A stretch of DNA of 64,000 nt, taken from the NCBI RefSeq assembly GCF_009914755.1, contig NC_060934.1; one strand, given 5' to 3'. This stretch comes from the human T2T-CHM13v2.0 reference genome, Homo sapiens. Made by a program: the position numbers and the translations under genes. The first letter of the stretch is position 1. Every line of letters starts with the position of its first letter. The notes beneath the pieces are model-generated. The model made no database searches and was not told the DNA's origin. It saw only the letters and a list, made by a program, of their open reading frames with translations. Below, one piece after another: positions 45,000-57,941 of this stretch.

Positions 45000-45690
45000 A
45001 AATTTTAAGGAAAATTATTCCCGCGATGAGTTTCCTCATGCTTCGGCCATGCGTGAACCAGTCAGCTTCCGGGTGTGACCGGAACAAGGCTTGTCGTCTT
45101 CTTCAGAGTCACTTTGCAAGGGTTGGCAAAGCTGCTCCCATCCACGTACAGCTCCCAGTCTACTGATGTTTAAGGGTGGTCTCGGTGGTTGGGCCTACGA
45201 GAATAAACTGAGTCCAATACTTCTACACAGTTATGTTTAACTGGGCTCTCTGATACCGGGAGCAAGGTGGCGGAGTTTAGGGTGTTGCAAACTTCAATGG
45301 TTATGCGGGGATTTTCACAGAGCAAGCTTTGGTATCTAGTTAGTCTAGCATTCATTAGCTAATGGTGTCCTTTGGTATTTATTAAAATCACCACAGCATA
45401 CGAGGACTTTAGGTTTTGCCTAAGAGTTAGCTTATTTGCTTCTTGTACTAACAGGGCCATTGCTGCCAGGGCCCTTGCACATGGGGGCCAGCCTTTGGAA
45501 ACCCCATCAGTTGTTTTGAGAGATAGGCCACTGGCCTTGGCCAGGGCCCTACAGTCTGGGTTAAAACTCCAACTATCATTTTTTCTCTTTCTGACACATA
45601 GAGTGTAAAGAGTTTCATCAGGTCAGGTAGCCTCAGGGCTGGGGCCAACACAATTTTTTCTTTTAAATTCATGAAAAGCTCATTGCTGTT
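45000..45690 (-). pseudogene. Degenerate pol fragment (RT connection/RNase H linker)
   Basis: APALRLPDL.K.FTLYVSER..GVLTQ..GPWPRPVAYLSKQL; NARLTRYQSLL...NTLNSATLLP. Confidence 0.85.
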
Positions 45691-48600
45691 GGTTGTAATA
45701 GATGTAGTTTATCTAATCTGCATTTTTATTGACTGTCATCTACCAAGATATTGATTTAAATCTTGTAACTATTTGATTTCAAGCTTTAAATTGATCTGGT
45801 ATTCCTTGCGGGGCTTCAATTGCATCTAAATAGATGTGAGAGTTGAAAGACCTATAAGGGGCTTCTCTCACTTTATGATTTTTATTTTATTTTATTTTTT
45901 TCTTCCTCTGGTTGATGAAGTGCCAGGGTAAAAGGGATAGCCAAATGGACTAAAGCACAAGTGCCACTCTAGTTATTCAGCAGAGTGCCCAGTAAAGGTC
46001 CACCACAATACCACCACACATCCACTCGGGGATGAACAAGGGCTGACTGATTGATAAGCTCTTGAAAATTCTTAAGCTCACTGCATCCCTTCAGGTCTCC
46101 AAGGAATGCTAAGTCTCCTCCCTGCCACGAGAGACAAGAAGTGAACTTAGCGTTGGGAGACAGAAGCTGGATGGCCTTCGGGGGCTGACCCTCAGGGACT
46201 TCAGGATATAGCAGAGAGAGCTTGGCATGACTTATTACTCCAGGCTGTAGAATCCTGGAAAACAGCTACCATGCAGCCCACGCCTGGTCGACTGGAGGAC
46301 CACCTTAGTGGAAGGGGGACAATCAGGGCCTCTGGCCTGCCATGTGCACAAGCATAACAATTGCTTTTGTTTAATGTGCAGATGGAATATTTGATCCATT
46401 TCAACCAGGCATTTGCATCTTGGTATGCTGTCTTAATTTCCAAAGTTTGTTTTAAGTCTTTAACTTCTATGATCCTCTAGTAAAAGGAATGTTTCCTTTA
46501 GTACCTATTTTTATTAGTTTTTAGACCAAAGAAAGTTAAACACCATTTTATATTTAATAATGCTTCTTGTATGATTTTTATACCAGATAAGCTAAATTTT
46601 ACCTTTATATTAGTGTGTTATTAATGTTAAACTTAATTTTAATAAAACCTTGTAGATATATTTATCCAATTTTTCATGTTTGACCATAAGGTGAGATTTT
46701 ATAGACTCTTTTTAACCTTTTATAATTTTTGTTAAAGAGCAGGTTGATGCTTTAAGAAAAACCTGTTGCATTTTTACTTTAATGTCCAGTTCACAGAAAA
46801 GCTGGATGATACCTTTTTAACTTTAGCTAATATGTTTATACACAGAATTTTCTTTACAATTAAAGTTTTAAAACTTGCTTAAACTTTCAAAACAATAATT
46901 TTTTAACCTTTTAATGTTGGTAAAAATCCACATTCTTATGCCTCCTTATAATCTTTTTACCAAAGGTATATTTTACTATTTTTATACACCTTGCACATAA
47001 ACTGTTTCTTCAATAGTAGTACTCAGGAGGCTTTTTTGCATAAATTTTTTTATAACATTTTTTCTTTCACAACTTTCGCCGACAATTCTTCAACATGCCT
47101 CAACTTTCTGACTTATTACAAACATTTTTTTTCTTTAAACAACCAGTTAATTTATTTCAGGACAAGAATTTACCATATAACACTCTTTTTACATAAATTC
47201 TGCCTCCCCCCCGCTTTTTTTTTTGAAGATAACCATTCCTTTTTTTAAAGCGAACTTTCTTTATGTCTTTGGACTAGACTCTCTAAGGCCACAAGATTAG
47301 AAGTTACCACAATATATGTTATGCTGTTAACTTTTAGCAAACTTCACTTTTGTTGAAAACCTTGTAAGTTTGGGATTTCAATTATCCTTTGCTATTAATA
47401 AGACCTTGTTTAGTCTAAATTAACTTAGAATTGGTATAGATGGCCTCTTTTTTTTTTTTCTCTGCTGGTCTTTCCTTGCCTCTCCCAACTGCTTATGCTG
47501 CTGTTCTTTTAACTACTGTGGAGGGGAAGGGGGTCTAAAACCAGCTGTAACTGTCTATGTATGGAAACTGGTCTGGGTGCCTTGGCTTACAGGTTGCCCT
47601 GTGTCATACCGTTGAAACAAGGGACCTGTCCAGGCTTCTTTCTGATGACCAACCCACTCTAATGCTGGCCAGTCTATTTCACACAAAGTTCTAAGTTTTC
47701 CTGGTGTCACAGTAACATCGTAATCTCCCTTAAATTCTTTCTTGAAATTTTTATTTTTTTTAACATAGTTCCTAGTGGGGTGGGCTTATTTTTGCCTGAC
47801 CCATGCTTCTTCAAGACAAAACACCATGTTCACACCACACACACACCACAAAACAAAAAACAGGTAAAAAGGGCACACACACACTTTTGCAGTTTACACC
47901 AAACCAAAATCAGAGTATCCAGAAATCCAAGCCAGGTCAAAACTAAAACCAAAGTATCACACAATCTAAGTCAAGTCAAAACCAGAACAAAAGTGTCAAT
48001 GCAGGCATGCCGTGGGTGATCAGGCCATGTTTCCACCCAGATGGAGTAGGGCAAGTTCCAAAGAGTAGTCTTACCAACTCAAGCCAAGTCAAAACCAGAA
48101 CAAAATGCCAATACAGGCACACCGTGGGTGATCAGGCCACGCTTCCACTCAGATGGAGTGGGGCAAGTTCCAAAGACTAGTCTTACCAAGTTGTAGATGT
48201 CCGGACTCCAAGTGCCAGTTCCTTCCTGGTGTTCAGCCACTGTGTTAATCTTCCGTGGGGGCCTGCTACACGCTGCTCTGGCGAGGCGTTCCATTGGGGC
48301 AATTGCCTACCCGGGAGCGCTCTTTGGATCACGTCACTCAGGCTGGCCGGAGTTCCCCTCACGGATGCTCCACAGGGCAGGCCTAAGCCGCCTAAGGGGC
48401 TGCCTCGGCCATCCGTCAGTCACCTCGTTTCCCAGTCAGGGAACCAAGAAATGTAGCAGGGTGAGCCGCAGACAAAACCTCTCAGACACTGAGTTGTAGA
48501 AGGCAGGGCTTTATTCAGCTGGGAGCATCGGCAAGCTACTGCCTTCAAATCTGAGCTCCCTGAATACACAATTTCTGTTCCTTTTAAGGGCTCACAACAC

Positions 48601-50235
48601 TAAAGATTTCACATGAAAGGGTCGTGATTGATTTGAGCAAGCAGGCGGTACGTGACAGGGGCTGCATGCACCGGTGGTCAGAGAGAAACAGAACAGGGCA
48701 GGGAGTTTCACAATGTTCTTCTATACAATGTCTGGAATCTATGAATAACATTGGTTTTTAAGTTATGAGTTGATTTTTAACTACTGGGTTTAGTCCAGGC
48801 AGGCCCAGGCCTGGTTTCAGGCCTGGCGCCGGGCTGCCTGTCTTTGGTTTTACTTCCTTGTTTTTTCTTAAAAGAGGTACTGAGTATAAAACAATATAAA
48901 ACAATATGAGAGGGTATCTCTCTTCCCTCAGTTTGGGAGTGGAGGTTTGAGAGCAGCCCAGGCAGAGGCTCATCAGGGTGCATGGGAAACATCCTAATTT
49001 CTTCCGAAAAATATTCCTCCTACCCACCACCTCTCATAGGCCCAGGGGCTCTGAACCCTCTGACACCATCTGAGGCCAGAGCCTAGCAAGTGTTCAGGCA
49101 CCCATGCACCATTATTAAAGGGAACTCAGACCCACTCTGATGGAAAAGGAGCCCAAAGCATTCCTGTCATCAGTCTCTACCCGGCTGAAGGATCCCCCGG
49201 CCTCCCTTTTGCCAGTCTGATTCCTCTGCTGGTCCAGGAAGCCCACCATGACCTGGCCTACCATGCCAGGCCATCTCCGACCCAATCTTATTCCATCTCT
49301 GCAGAGTGTCCCCTCCCTCCCCCACCTTCTGACTGAGCAACCTACGTCCCCTTCCTTCAGTATAGACAGCACTTACAATGCTGTGAGACAGTCACTTGTC
49401 TGCACAGCTTCCTCCACCAACAGGAGCTCCTTGAGGCGAGGCACAGTGTCTTCTGTGTCCCTGGAGCCAAGCGCATGGCTCAGCCCAGGTCACGTGTCCA
49501 GTGAATGGGTGGCATCTGAGCCTCCTGCACCTGTGGTCAGACTTTCCCCCATGCCTGCCCTGGGCAGAGGCTCCTCTCTTCCAGGCCTTGTTCAGGGTGA
49601 CCCTGTACTTGAAGTGTCTTCTCATTTCATCACTGTCTTAAACATCAAAGTCCACCTGTGGCCCCACCTCCTTTAAGAGCTGTGTGAGCACCTTGGTGCA
49701 GATGGCTTCTCATACATGCCTCAATACAGGCTTGTGAGAGAGATAGTCCTGTGCCCATTTCACAGATGGGAAGCCGACTCAAAGACATTCAAGGACAAGT
49801 TTGATGTCACACTGCTAAGTGGCAGAACCAGGACTCAAACCCAGGTCATCTGACTCCAGGACCTGTGCTCTCTACATCTCATTGGTTACTCAAGACTCAT
49901 CCTTGGATCAGAACCTGCAAGGGTTTTATGATCCTTTTTCCAGACACAGCTGAGGAATGAGCAGGAAGAGCTGCATTTGATAGGATTATTACTGACACTA
50001 AAAGTTAACGTTCAACTCTAGACAGTGGCTCTTCCTGGGCAGTTGGTTCCTGCTCTCACCACTGAAGCCAGTTCTGAAACCTCTCTGGGCTGGGCATTTA
50101 CAGCTTTCTGTGTTACAGGTTACTAAATGCATCTTGAAAGGCTGGTTTTCCTCTTGGGAGGGGCTGACTTTACCCTTTAGGAGAATTGCAAGGCTACTAG
50201 GGCTCTGCCCATTGGGAAACACCTCTCTATGACTC

Positions 50236-50241
50236 TATAAA
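50236..50241 (+). promoter_or_regulatory. TATA box of C10orf99
   Basis: TATAAA 81 nt upstream of the ATG, preceded by AP-1-like TGACTCT and NF-kB-like GGGAAACACC (50214). Confidence 0.75.
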
Positions 50242-50316
50242 TGTCCAAGGTGGCCCCAAGGGAGGACTTCTGCAGCACAGCTCCCTTCCCAGGACGTGAA
50301 AATCTGCCTTCTCACC

Positions 50317-50386
50317 ATGAGGCTTCTAGTCCTTTCCAGCCTGCTCTGTATCCTGCTTCTCTGCTTCTCCATCTTCTCCACAGAAG
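50317..50386 (+). CDS. GPR15LG: C10orf99/GPR15LG exon 1, signal peptide MRLLVLSSLLCILLLCFSIFSTEG
   Basis: CACCATGA start; hydrophobic signal peptide; donor GAAG|gtaggg; 70 nt. Confidence 0.96.
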
Positions 50387-50944
50387 GTAGGGCAGCCCCC
50401 AGGGTGCAGATCCCTGAGCAGGATTTCAGCATCTGGGAAGACTCTGATCAGGATTTGTTGGAGGGCAGGCCTTGGCGGGCAGGCCTTGGCAGGCAGTCCT
50501 GAGCCCCGGAAAGATGGGCTCTTTCTCCTGAACCTATAGGTTTGGGGCTCAGGACTGCCTGCAGGTGGCTTGGGGGTTCCATTCACAGCCCCTGCACCCC
50601 CAAATACATACCCAGCCTAAGTAAAGTGGTGTGTTCGCCATGCAAACACACATACAACCTCTCAGCTAGATTACTGTGCTTAAGTCCTACCTATCTAGAA
50701 TTTCTGGAGCCATTCTCTTGTACTTGTGTCATGCTTGGAACAGAGTAAATTAGTGTTGGGCAAATGAATACATTAATTAGTAGACCATCTAAGTCTGAAC
50801 ATCCCAAAACCTCATGCCCAGAAAATATCCATGAGCAGCTGAAATGAAGGTGTGTGTGGTAGGGAGGTGGGGTATGTTTATGCATGTTTAGAAGGGGACA
50901 CCATCTTTTTACCTCTATAGATATGAATATTTAGCTCTCTTGCC

Positions 50945-51254
50945 CTTTTTTCTTTTTTCTTTTTTTTTTTTTTTTTGAGATGGAGTCTTGCTCTGTCACC
51001 CAGGCTGGAGTGCAGTGGCGCTATCTCAGCTCACTGCAATCTCCGCCTCCTGGGTTCAAGCAATTCTCTGCCTCAGCCTCCCAAGTAGCTGAGATTACAG
51101 GTGCCCACCACCAAGCCCAGCTAATTTTTGTATTTTTAGTACAGACAGGTTTCACCATCTTGGCCAGGCTGGTCTTGAACTCCTAACCTCGTAATCCTCC
51201 CACCTCGGCCTCCCAAAGTGCTGGGATTACAGGCGTGAGCCACCATGCCTGGCT
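50945..51254 (-). mobile_element. AluS in C10orf99 intron 1
   Basis: Antisense full-length Alu. Confidence 0.9.
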
Positions 51255-51975
51255 GCCTTTCTTGATTCAGATAGCTGAGTGTTTCAATCCATTTTTCTCT
51301 TGTCTAACCCTCTAGAAACTGCCTACATTTATTTTTTGTTTTAGTGGTTATGGTTACTCAAACTTTTGGGTGGGGGGAGCTGGAGCTATAGAAATATATA
51401 AAGAGAAGAAAAACACTCAATTCCATGATTCAAGAGTAGCCATGTTCAACATTTTGTTTATTTCCTTGCATGTAGAATTTTTAAAAATTAATTGATGTAC
51501 CTATATGTTCAAGGTTATATCTTTTTTATTTATCACTATATATATTGTTATAATCACCCAAAATGCTTATGATTGAAGATATTCTGGAAGCATTTACAAC
51601 CCAGTGTCAGCAGCAGCCATCTCTGAGTAGTGGGATTATAACAAGTGTTTGTTTTACAAAGTTTCTGCGATGAAAATGTGCCACATATATAATAAGGAAA
51701 ACAGTGATTAGAATTCCTCATAAACACAGCCCGTGACATGCAATTTATCAGACCTCTATTTTTGGACATGTTGGAGGTTGCCAGTGATACCCTAGTGACA
51801 ATTAAATGAGGATAGATACCTTCCCCCATAAAGTTTCCTATCCATTTAGGACTATCTGTAGCAAACTCTTGAAGTAGCATTAATCAACTAATATTTTCAG
51901 GTATAACTTGCTACAAGTGAACGTACTATGATGAATTTACATGCTTAGACATTTAGATAGTTCACAATTGTGTGC

Positions 51976-52295
<320 letters not shown>

Positions 52296-52298
52296 TAA

Positions 52299-52651
<353 letters not shown>

Positions 52652-52944
52652 TCAGGCTTATTTTCTTAGGCTAGATTGCCAAGGGGAGAATTATTATGTC
52701 AAAGAAACTACTTATTGGACAGGAATCTGAAAAGGATGTGTTTTGGGGCCATGTGTCTCCCAACATTGTTATTTCTGAAAAGTAAATCACAACAAGGCCC
52801 ACTCTTTCCCTAGGACCTCTCGTAGCCTGGCTCATCCTGAGTTTCTCTGGATAAATATTCCTGAGCCCTGTGCCTTGGAAGGGGAAGCTCACTCACAGAC
52901 AAGCCCACTAAAGACAGTCTCTCTTCCTTTGTGTCCACCCTCAG

Positions 52945-53034
52945 GGAAGAGGCGTCCTGCCAAGGCCTGGTCAGGCAGGAGAACCAGGCTCTGCTGCCAC
53001 CGAGTCCCTAGCCCCAACTCAACAAACCTGAAAG
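52945..53034 (+). CDS. GPR15LG: C10orf99/GPR15LG exon 2 ([29 protein letters not shown])
   Basis: cag|GGAAG ... AAAG|gtaagt; 90 nt; basic segment with CC motif. Confidence 0.96.
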
Positions 53035-54391
53035 GTAAGTACCCCCACCTCGTCCAGACTGTGGGGCAGAAGTTCTACAGTGGCCATGGGACCAGCCACA
53101 CACACTGATCAGCCCCCACCCATGGCTGGCATCAGGCTCTGGCTGGGAGGACATCTTTGTTTTGTTGATTAATTTGTTGACTCCCCCCCAAAAGTCAACA
53201 AATTAATCATTTTAAACTGAATACATTCTGCCATGGAAAAAAAGCAGGATGCAATTAGAAGATGTTGTGTGGAAACACACTTACTTTAGGTGGGAGGTGT
53301 CTGAGGAGGTGACATTTATGAGACCTGGCTCATTTATGAGCCAGGAGCCTGGCTGAGGACTGTGGAGGTGGGGGATGCAGGCAGAGGAGGCAGCAAGGGT
53401 GAAGGGCAAGAGTGGGGTATGGAAGACAGATGGTAGCAGGGCTTGAGAGGTACTCCCAGAAGCTAAGGACCAAAGCTGCCTGTGAACCCTGTGGACCTGG
53501 GGCACAGATCAGCATGCAGGTCACCAGCAGGGGAGTGGGCCTGAGGGTCCAGAGAGCCATAGCTTGGCAGGAGATAAGGCAGCCCCAGAGATGCCAGCAG
53601 GCAGCATCCAGGCTGCATGACCAGAACGAGGCCCAGAAGAGCAAGGCTGCCCTCTCCCTGAGGCCTGGGGACACTGGGAGGCCTGTGGCGGACAGGCCCA
53701 AGCTCAGGAGGGCTGCGGGCACCCAGTTCCCTGCACAGGGGCTGCAGGCCCAGAGCAGATATTCACTGGAGTTGCCCAGCCCAGGTGGAAGGGTCAGGCT
53801 GCTGGAGCTTGGGTAGGGCAGGCAGATCCCCAAGGGGAGACTGTGGACCCTGAGTCAGACAGCCTGACACCAACCTGGGGCTCCTGCCTGAACTCTGCAG
53901 CCCCAGTGCCCACTCTCAAGAGGCTGAGGAGGTCCCGGCCCCACTTGCTCCTCTGCGGCCATGGCCCATGGGGTCCATGACCAGCGCCGGAGCCTCCATG
54001 CCTTTCCCAGCTACCAAGGGGATGCTCAGCTGTGATGCAGGAGAGGGATAGAGGGAGGAAGCAAGACAGCATGACTCCAGCCGCAGACCTTCTCCCGGAG
54101 ATGCTGACAGCCCTTTCTTCCAAACTGGCATCACACCCAGCCGGCCAGGATAAAAATAACCAGCTCTCACACACCTCTTGCTGAACCAGTGTGAGGTGCC
54201 AGCCCAGGCAGGATGCAGGGTGAGCGCAGGCTGTGGCTCTGCTCCCGCAGGCCCCTGGTTCTGTGAAAGAAGGTGAAAACCTTCCAGAGAGAGGTGGAGG
54301 CGAGCCCCAAGAGCTCACACCCTCCCCCTCCACTTCCCCTCTCCTGCACCAACTGCTCAGAGGCAGGAAGTTGAGGGGGTGTGTGAGCCCC

Positions 54392-55140
54392 CACCACAGA
54401 CACACACACAACAAACCAAAACACATAAACACAAATACCTACACACATAAGTAGATACACACCACACAACCACACACACAGACACACACAAATACATGCG
54501 CACACAGACTCACACCACACACTACAGACACACAGACACATACACGCTACACAACTACACACAGAAACACAGCATATACACACAACACACGGTATAGTGA
54601 TACACACCTAGACACATATACACAGCACAAACACACACCACACAACTACACACACAGACACATACTACATGCACTCTACACACACACACCACGCACTATA
54701 CATACAAACACACGGACACATACACACTACACAACTACACAAACAGACACACACTATACACACAAACACACTACATGCACATACACACTACACACAATCA
54801 TACACACATAGACACATGCACACAGCACACACACGTATACCAGACACAGACACATACACAAGTACATCTACACACAAACACATACCACACAACTATACAC
54901 ACAAACACACATAAATACATACACACAAATACACAACACTACACAACTATACACACAGACACACACACAAATACATGCACACACAGACACACACCACAAT
55001 ACACTCACAGACACTACACATGGACAAGCAATTACACACACACACTACACAACTACACACACTACACTCCTATGCTACACACAGCACACACACACTACAC
55101 ACACAGATGGACAGATATACACCCAAGCACACACAGTGCA
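54392..55140. repeat. Degenerate (CA)n-rich low-complexity tract, ~750 bp
   Basis: Continuous CACAC/ACTACAC/CAGACAC motifs in C10orf99 intron 2. Confidence 0.95.
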
Positions 55141-56342
55141 TAGGAGACGTGGCCATGTTAACTCCCGTGCAAGTACACGTGCATCCGTTTTTTCAGTTTT
55201 GTTACTTCTGGAGAATAAATCTAGGTGTGTGGCTTCTGTGCTGAGACTGGATTTCTTTCTGTGTGTATATTTTTAAAATTCCATTGTTGAAATTTATGAA
55301 CAACTTAGAACAAGAAGAGCAAAACAAACATATGTATTGGGTCCTTGCCATGTGATCTCATTTAAATCCTTGAGACCACCGTGGGGAGGTCTCGTCACCA
55401 TTATATAGATTGGGAAACTGAGACTGAGAAAGAAACTGAGGCAGAGTCAGAAACTAGGATCTTTCCACCTCTTTCCACTACAACAAACTGCTTCCCCTGT
55501 GGACAGAAAGTGTTCTGTAGCCGGTGTATGAAGACATGCGCGTGCAAGCCAGACGGCTGACTTCCCAGAAGGAAATAGCCATCTGGGCTGGGATCTCAGC
55601 TCCACCACCCACTGGCTGTGCCTTGGAGCAAGTCACCCAGCACTGCTAAGCCTCAGTCTCCCCCTCTGTGAAGAGGGAGTTATAATAGAATCTGCCTCAC
55701 TGGACCATGATGAGCCGTCGATGGGTTCATGTCTATACAGGACTTGGCATCAAGCCTGCCACATGGTGCCCCGTAAACATGTCCTGCTGTTGCTATGGAG
55801 ACAGACCCAGCCCTGCCAGGGCTGCTGGCACAGGAGATGAGCAACTCCAACACCGACAACCAAAGCCTGCACGTTCTTGTCCAGGCTTGGTGGTTCCACC
55901 TTCTGTCTTATGGACTGATGCTGGGATTCAGCAAGGAGGGAGATGAATCAGTGTTCCCAGGGTGTTGTGTAAGCAACGCCAGGATTGCTGAGTGTGCCAG
56001 GCTCCAGAAATCTGGCCTCGTGTGCTCCAGTTCACTGATGTATGACAAAGCCCGTGCATCTGTCTGTAGAAATGCAAATTAACTCAGAGTTGCCTAGAGG
56101 GTGTTCCTGAGCCAACAACACCAGCTATGACACACACTTGCTGAATACTGACTACTCCTCGTTCTATGGTGTCTTTCTTGAGTACTGCTTTATATCTCAG
56201 CACTGTGGTAGGCCCATGGGGATGACAATATGTGGAAGGCCCAGGACTCTGGGTCAATGTGACAAAAACATCTTCAAAAATCAACATGCTAAATGGCTGA
56301 TTTGCTGAATTTATTACATTTACCAATTTGCTTTAAAAAGGC

Positions 56343-57737
56343 TTTTTTTTTTTTTTTTAGTATTTATTGATCATTCTTGGGTGTTTCTTGGAGAGGGGGA
56401 TTTGGCAGGGTCATAGGACAATAGTGGAGGGAAGGTCAGCAGATAAACATGTGAACAAAGGTCTCTGGTTTTCCTAGGCAGAGGGCCTTGCCACCTTCCG
56501 CAGTGTTTGTGTCCCTGGGTACTTGAGATTAGGGAGTGGTGATGACTCTTAACGAGTATGCTGCCTTCAAGCATCTGTTTAACAAAGCACATCTTGCACC
56601 GCCCTTAATCCATTTAACCCTTAGTGGACACAGCACATGTTTCAGAGAGCACAGGGTTGGGGGTAAGGTTATAGATTAACAGCATCCCAAGGCAGAAGAA
56701 TTTTTCCTAGTACAGAACAAAATGGAGTCTCCTATGTCTACTTCTTTCTACACAGACACAATAACAATCTGATCTCTCTTTCTTTTCCCCACATTTCCCC
56801 CTTTCCTATTAGACAAAACCGCCATTGTCATCATGGCCTGTTCTCAATGAGCTGTTGGGTACACCTCCCAGACGGGGTGGCGGCCGGGCAGAGGGGCTCC
56901 TCAGTTCCCAGACGGGGTCGCGGCCGGGCAGAGGCGCTCTTCACAACTCAGATGGGGCGGTGGGGCAGAGGCGCTCCCCACATCCCAGATGATGGGTGGC
57001 TGGGCAGAGACGCTCCTCACTTCCTAGACGGGATGACGGCCGGGAAGAGGCACTCCTCACTTCCCAGACTGGGCAGCCGGGCAGAGGGGCTCCTCACATC
57101 CCAGACGATGGGTGGCCAGGCAGAGACGTTCCTCACTTCCTAGACGGGGTGGCGGCCGGGCAGAGGCTGCAATCTCAGCACTTTGGGAGGCCAAGGCAGG
57201 CGGCTGGGAGGTGGAGGTTGTAGCGAGCTGAGATCATGCCACTGCACTCCAGCCTGGGCAACATTGAGCACTGAGTGAACGAGACTCCGTCTGCAATCCC
57301 GGCACCTCGGGAGGCCGAGGCTGGCAGATCACTCGTGGTCAGGAGTTGGAGACAAGCCCGGCCAACATGGCGAAACCCCGTCTCCACCAAAAAATACGAA
57401 AACCAGTCAGGTGTGGCAGCGCGCGCCTGCAATCCCAGGCACTTGGCAGGCTGAGGCAGGAGAATCAGGCAGGGAGGTTGCAGTGAGCCAAGACGGCGGC
57501 AGTACAGTCCAGCCTTGGCTCAGCATCAGAGGGAGACCGTGCAAAGAGGAGGGAGAGGGAGAGGCCTGGGCTCAGCATCAGAGGGAGACCGTGCAAAGAG
57601 GAGGGAGAGGGAGAGGCCTGGGCTCAGCATCAGAGGGAGACCGTGCAAAGAGGAGGGAGAGGGAGAGGCCTGGGCTCAGCATCAGAGGGAGACCGTGCAA
57701 AGAGGAGGGAGAGGGAGAGGGAGAGGGAGAGGGAGAA
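56343..57737 (-). mobile_element. Full-length SVA (older, SVA_A/B-like), antisense in C10orf99 intron 2
   Basis: poly-T 56343-56358; SINE-R ~56360-56860; short GC-rich VNTR ~56865-57165; Alu-like ~57165-57530; (GGGAGA)n hexamer to 57736; TSD GGCTTTTTTT followed by AA. Confidence 0.95.
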
Positions 57738-57759
57738 GGGCTTTTTTTAAAAATTAAAT

Positions 57760-57896
57760 TTTTTTTTTTTTTTTTTAAGTAGAGGCAGGGTTTCACCATG
57801 TTGACCTGACTGGTCTCTATCTATTGACCTCGTGATCCACCCACCTCAGCCTCCCAAAGTGCTGGGATTACAGGCGTGAGCCACCATGCCCAGCCT
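57760..57896 (-). mobile_element. Alu left-arm fragment abutting the SVA
   Basis: GTAGAG..AGGGTTTCACCATGTTG...GAGCCACCATGCCCAGCC. Confidence 0.8.
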
Positions 57897-57941
57897 AAAA
57901 GAGTATTTAGAAAATTTATAGCAATCTGTATAGCAGCAAGT

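Larger units (their letters stand above)
43690..48560 (-). ncRNA. CERNA2: Probable LTR-driven lncRNA (HOST2/CERNA2); boundaries inferred from LTR signals
   Basis: Recalled as a HERV-E-derived transcript lying between GHITM and C10orf99; TATA-like CTTAAAA at 48582-48588 and AATAAA at 43709-43714 on the minus strand; exon structure not determined. Confidence 0.55.
43651..48930 (-). mobile_element. LTR2B/Harlequin (HERV-E-related) mosaic provirus, 5.28 kb, non-coding
   Basis: Paired LTRs 48452-48930 (5') and 43651-44134 (3'); TSD GTTT at 43647-43650 and 48931-48934; Glu PBS TGGTTCCCTGACTGGGAA at 48429-48446; PPT AAAGGGGGGAAA at 44135-44146; env and pol remnants. Confidence 0.92.

Noticed and set aside
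53794-55244. Several 80-212 aa ORFs in C10orf99 intron 2
   Set aside because: Arise from the CA-rich tract and GC-rich flank; no recognisable domain or supporting splice structure
57411-57782. ORFs with repeated AWAQHQRETVQRGG / GEGEGE segments
   Set aside because: Translations of the SVA 52-bp/hexamer repeats
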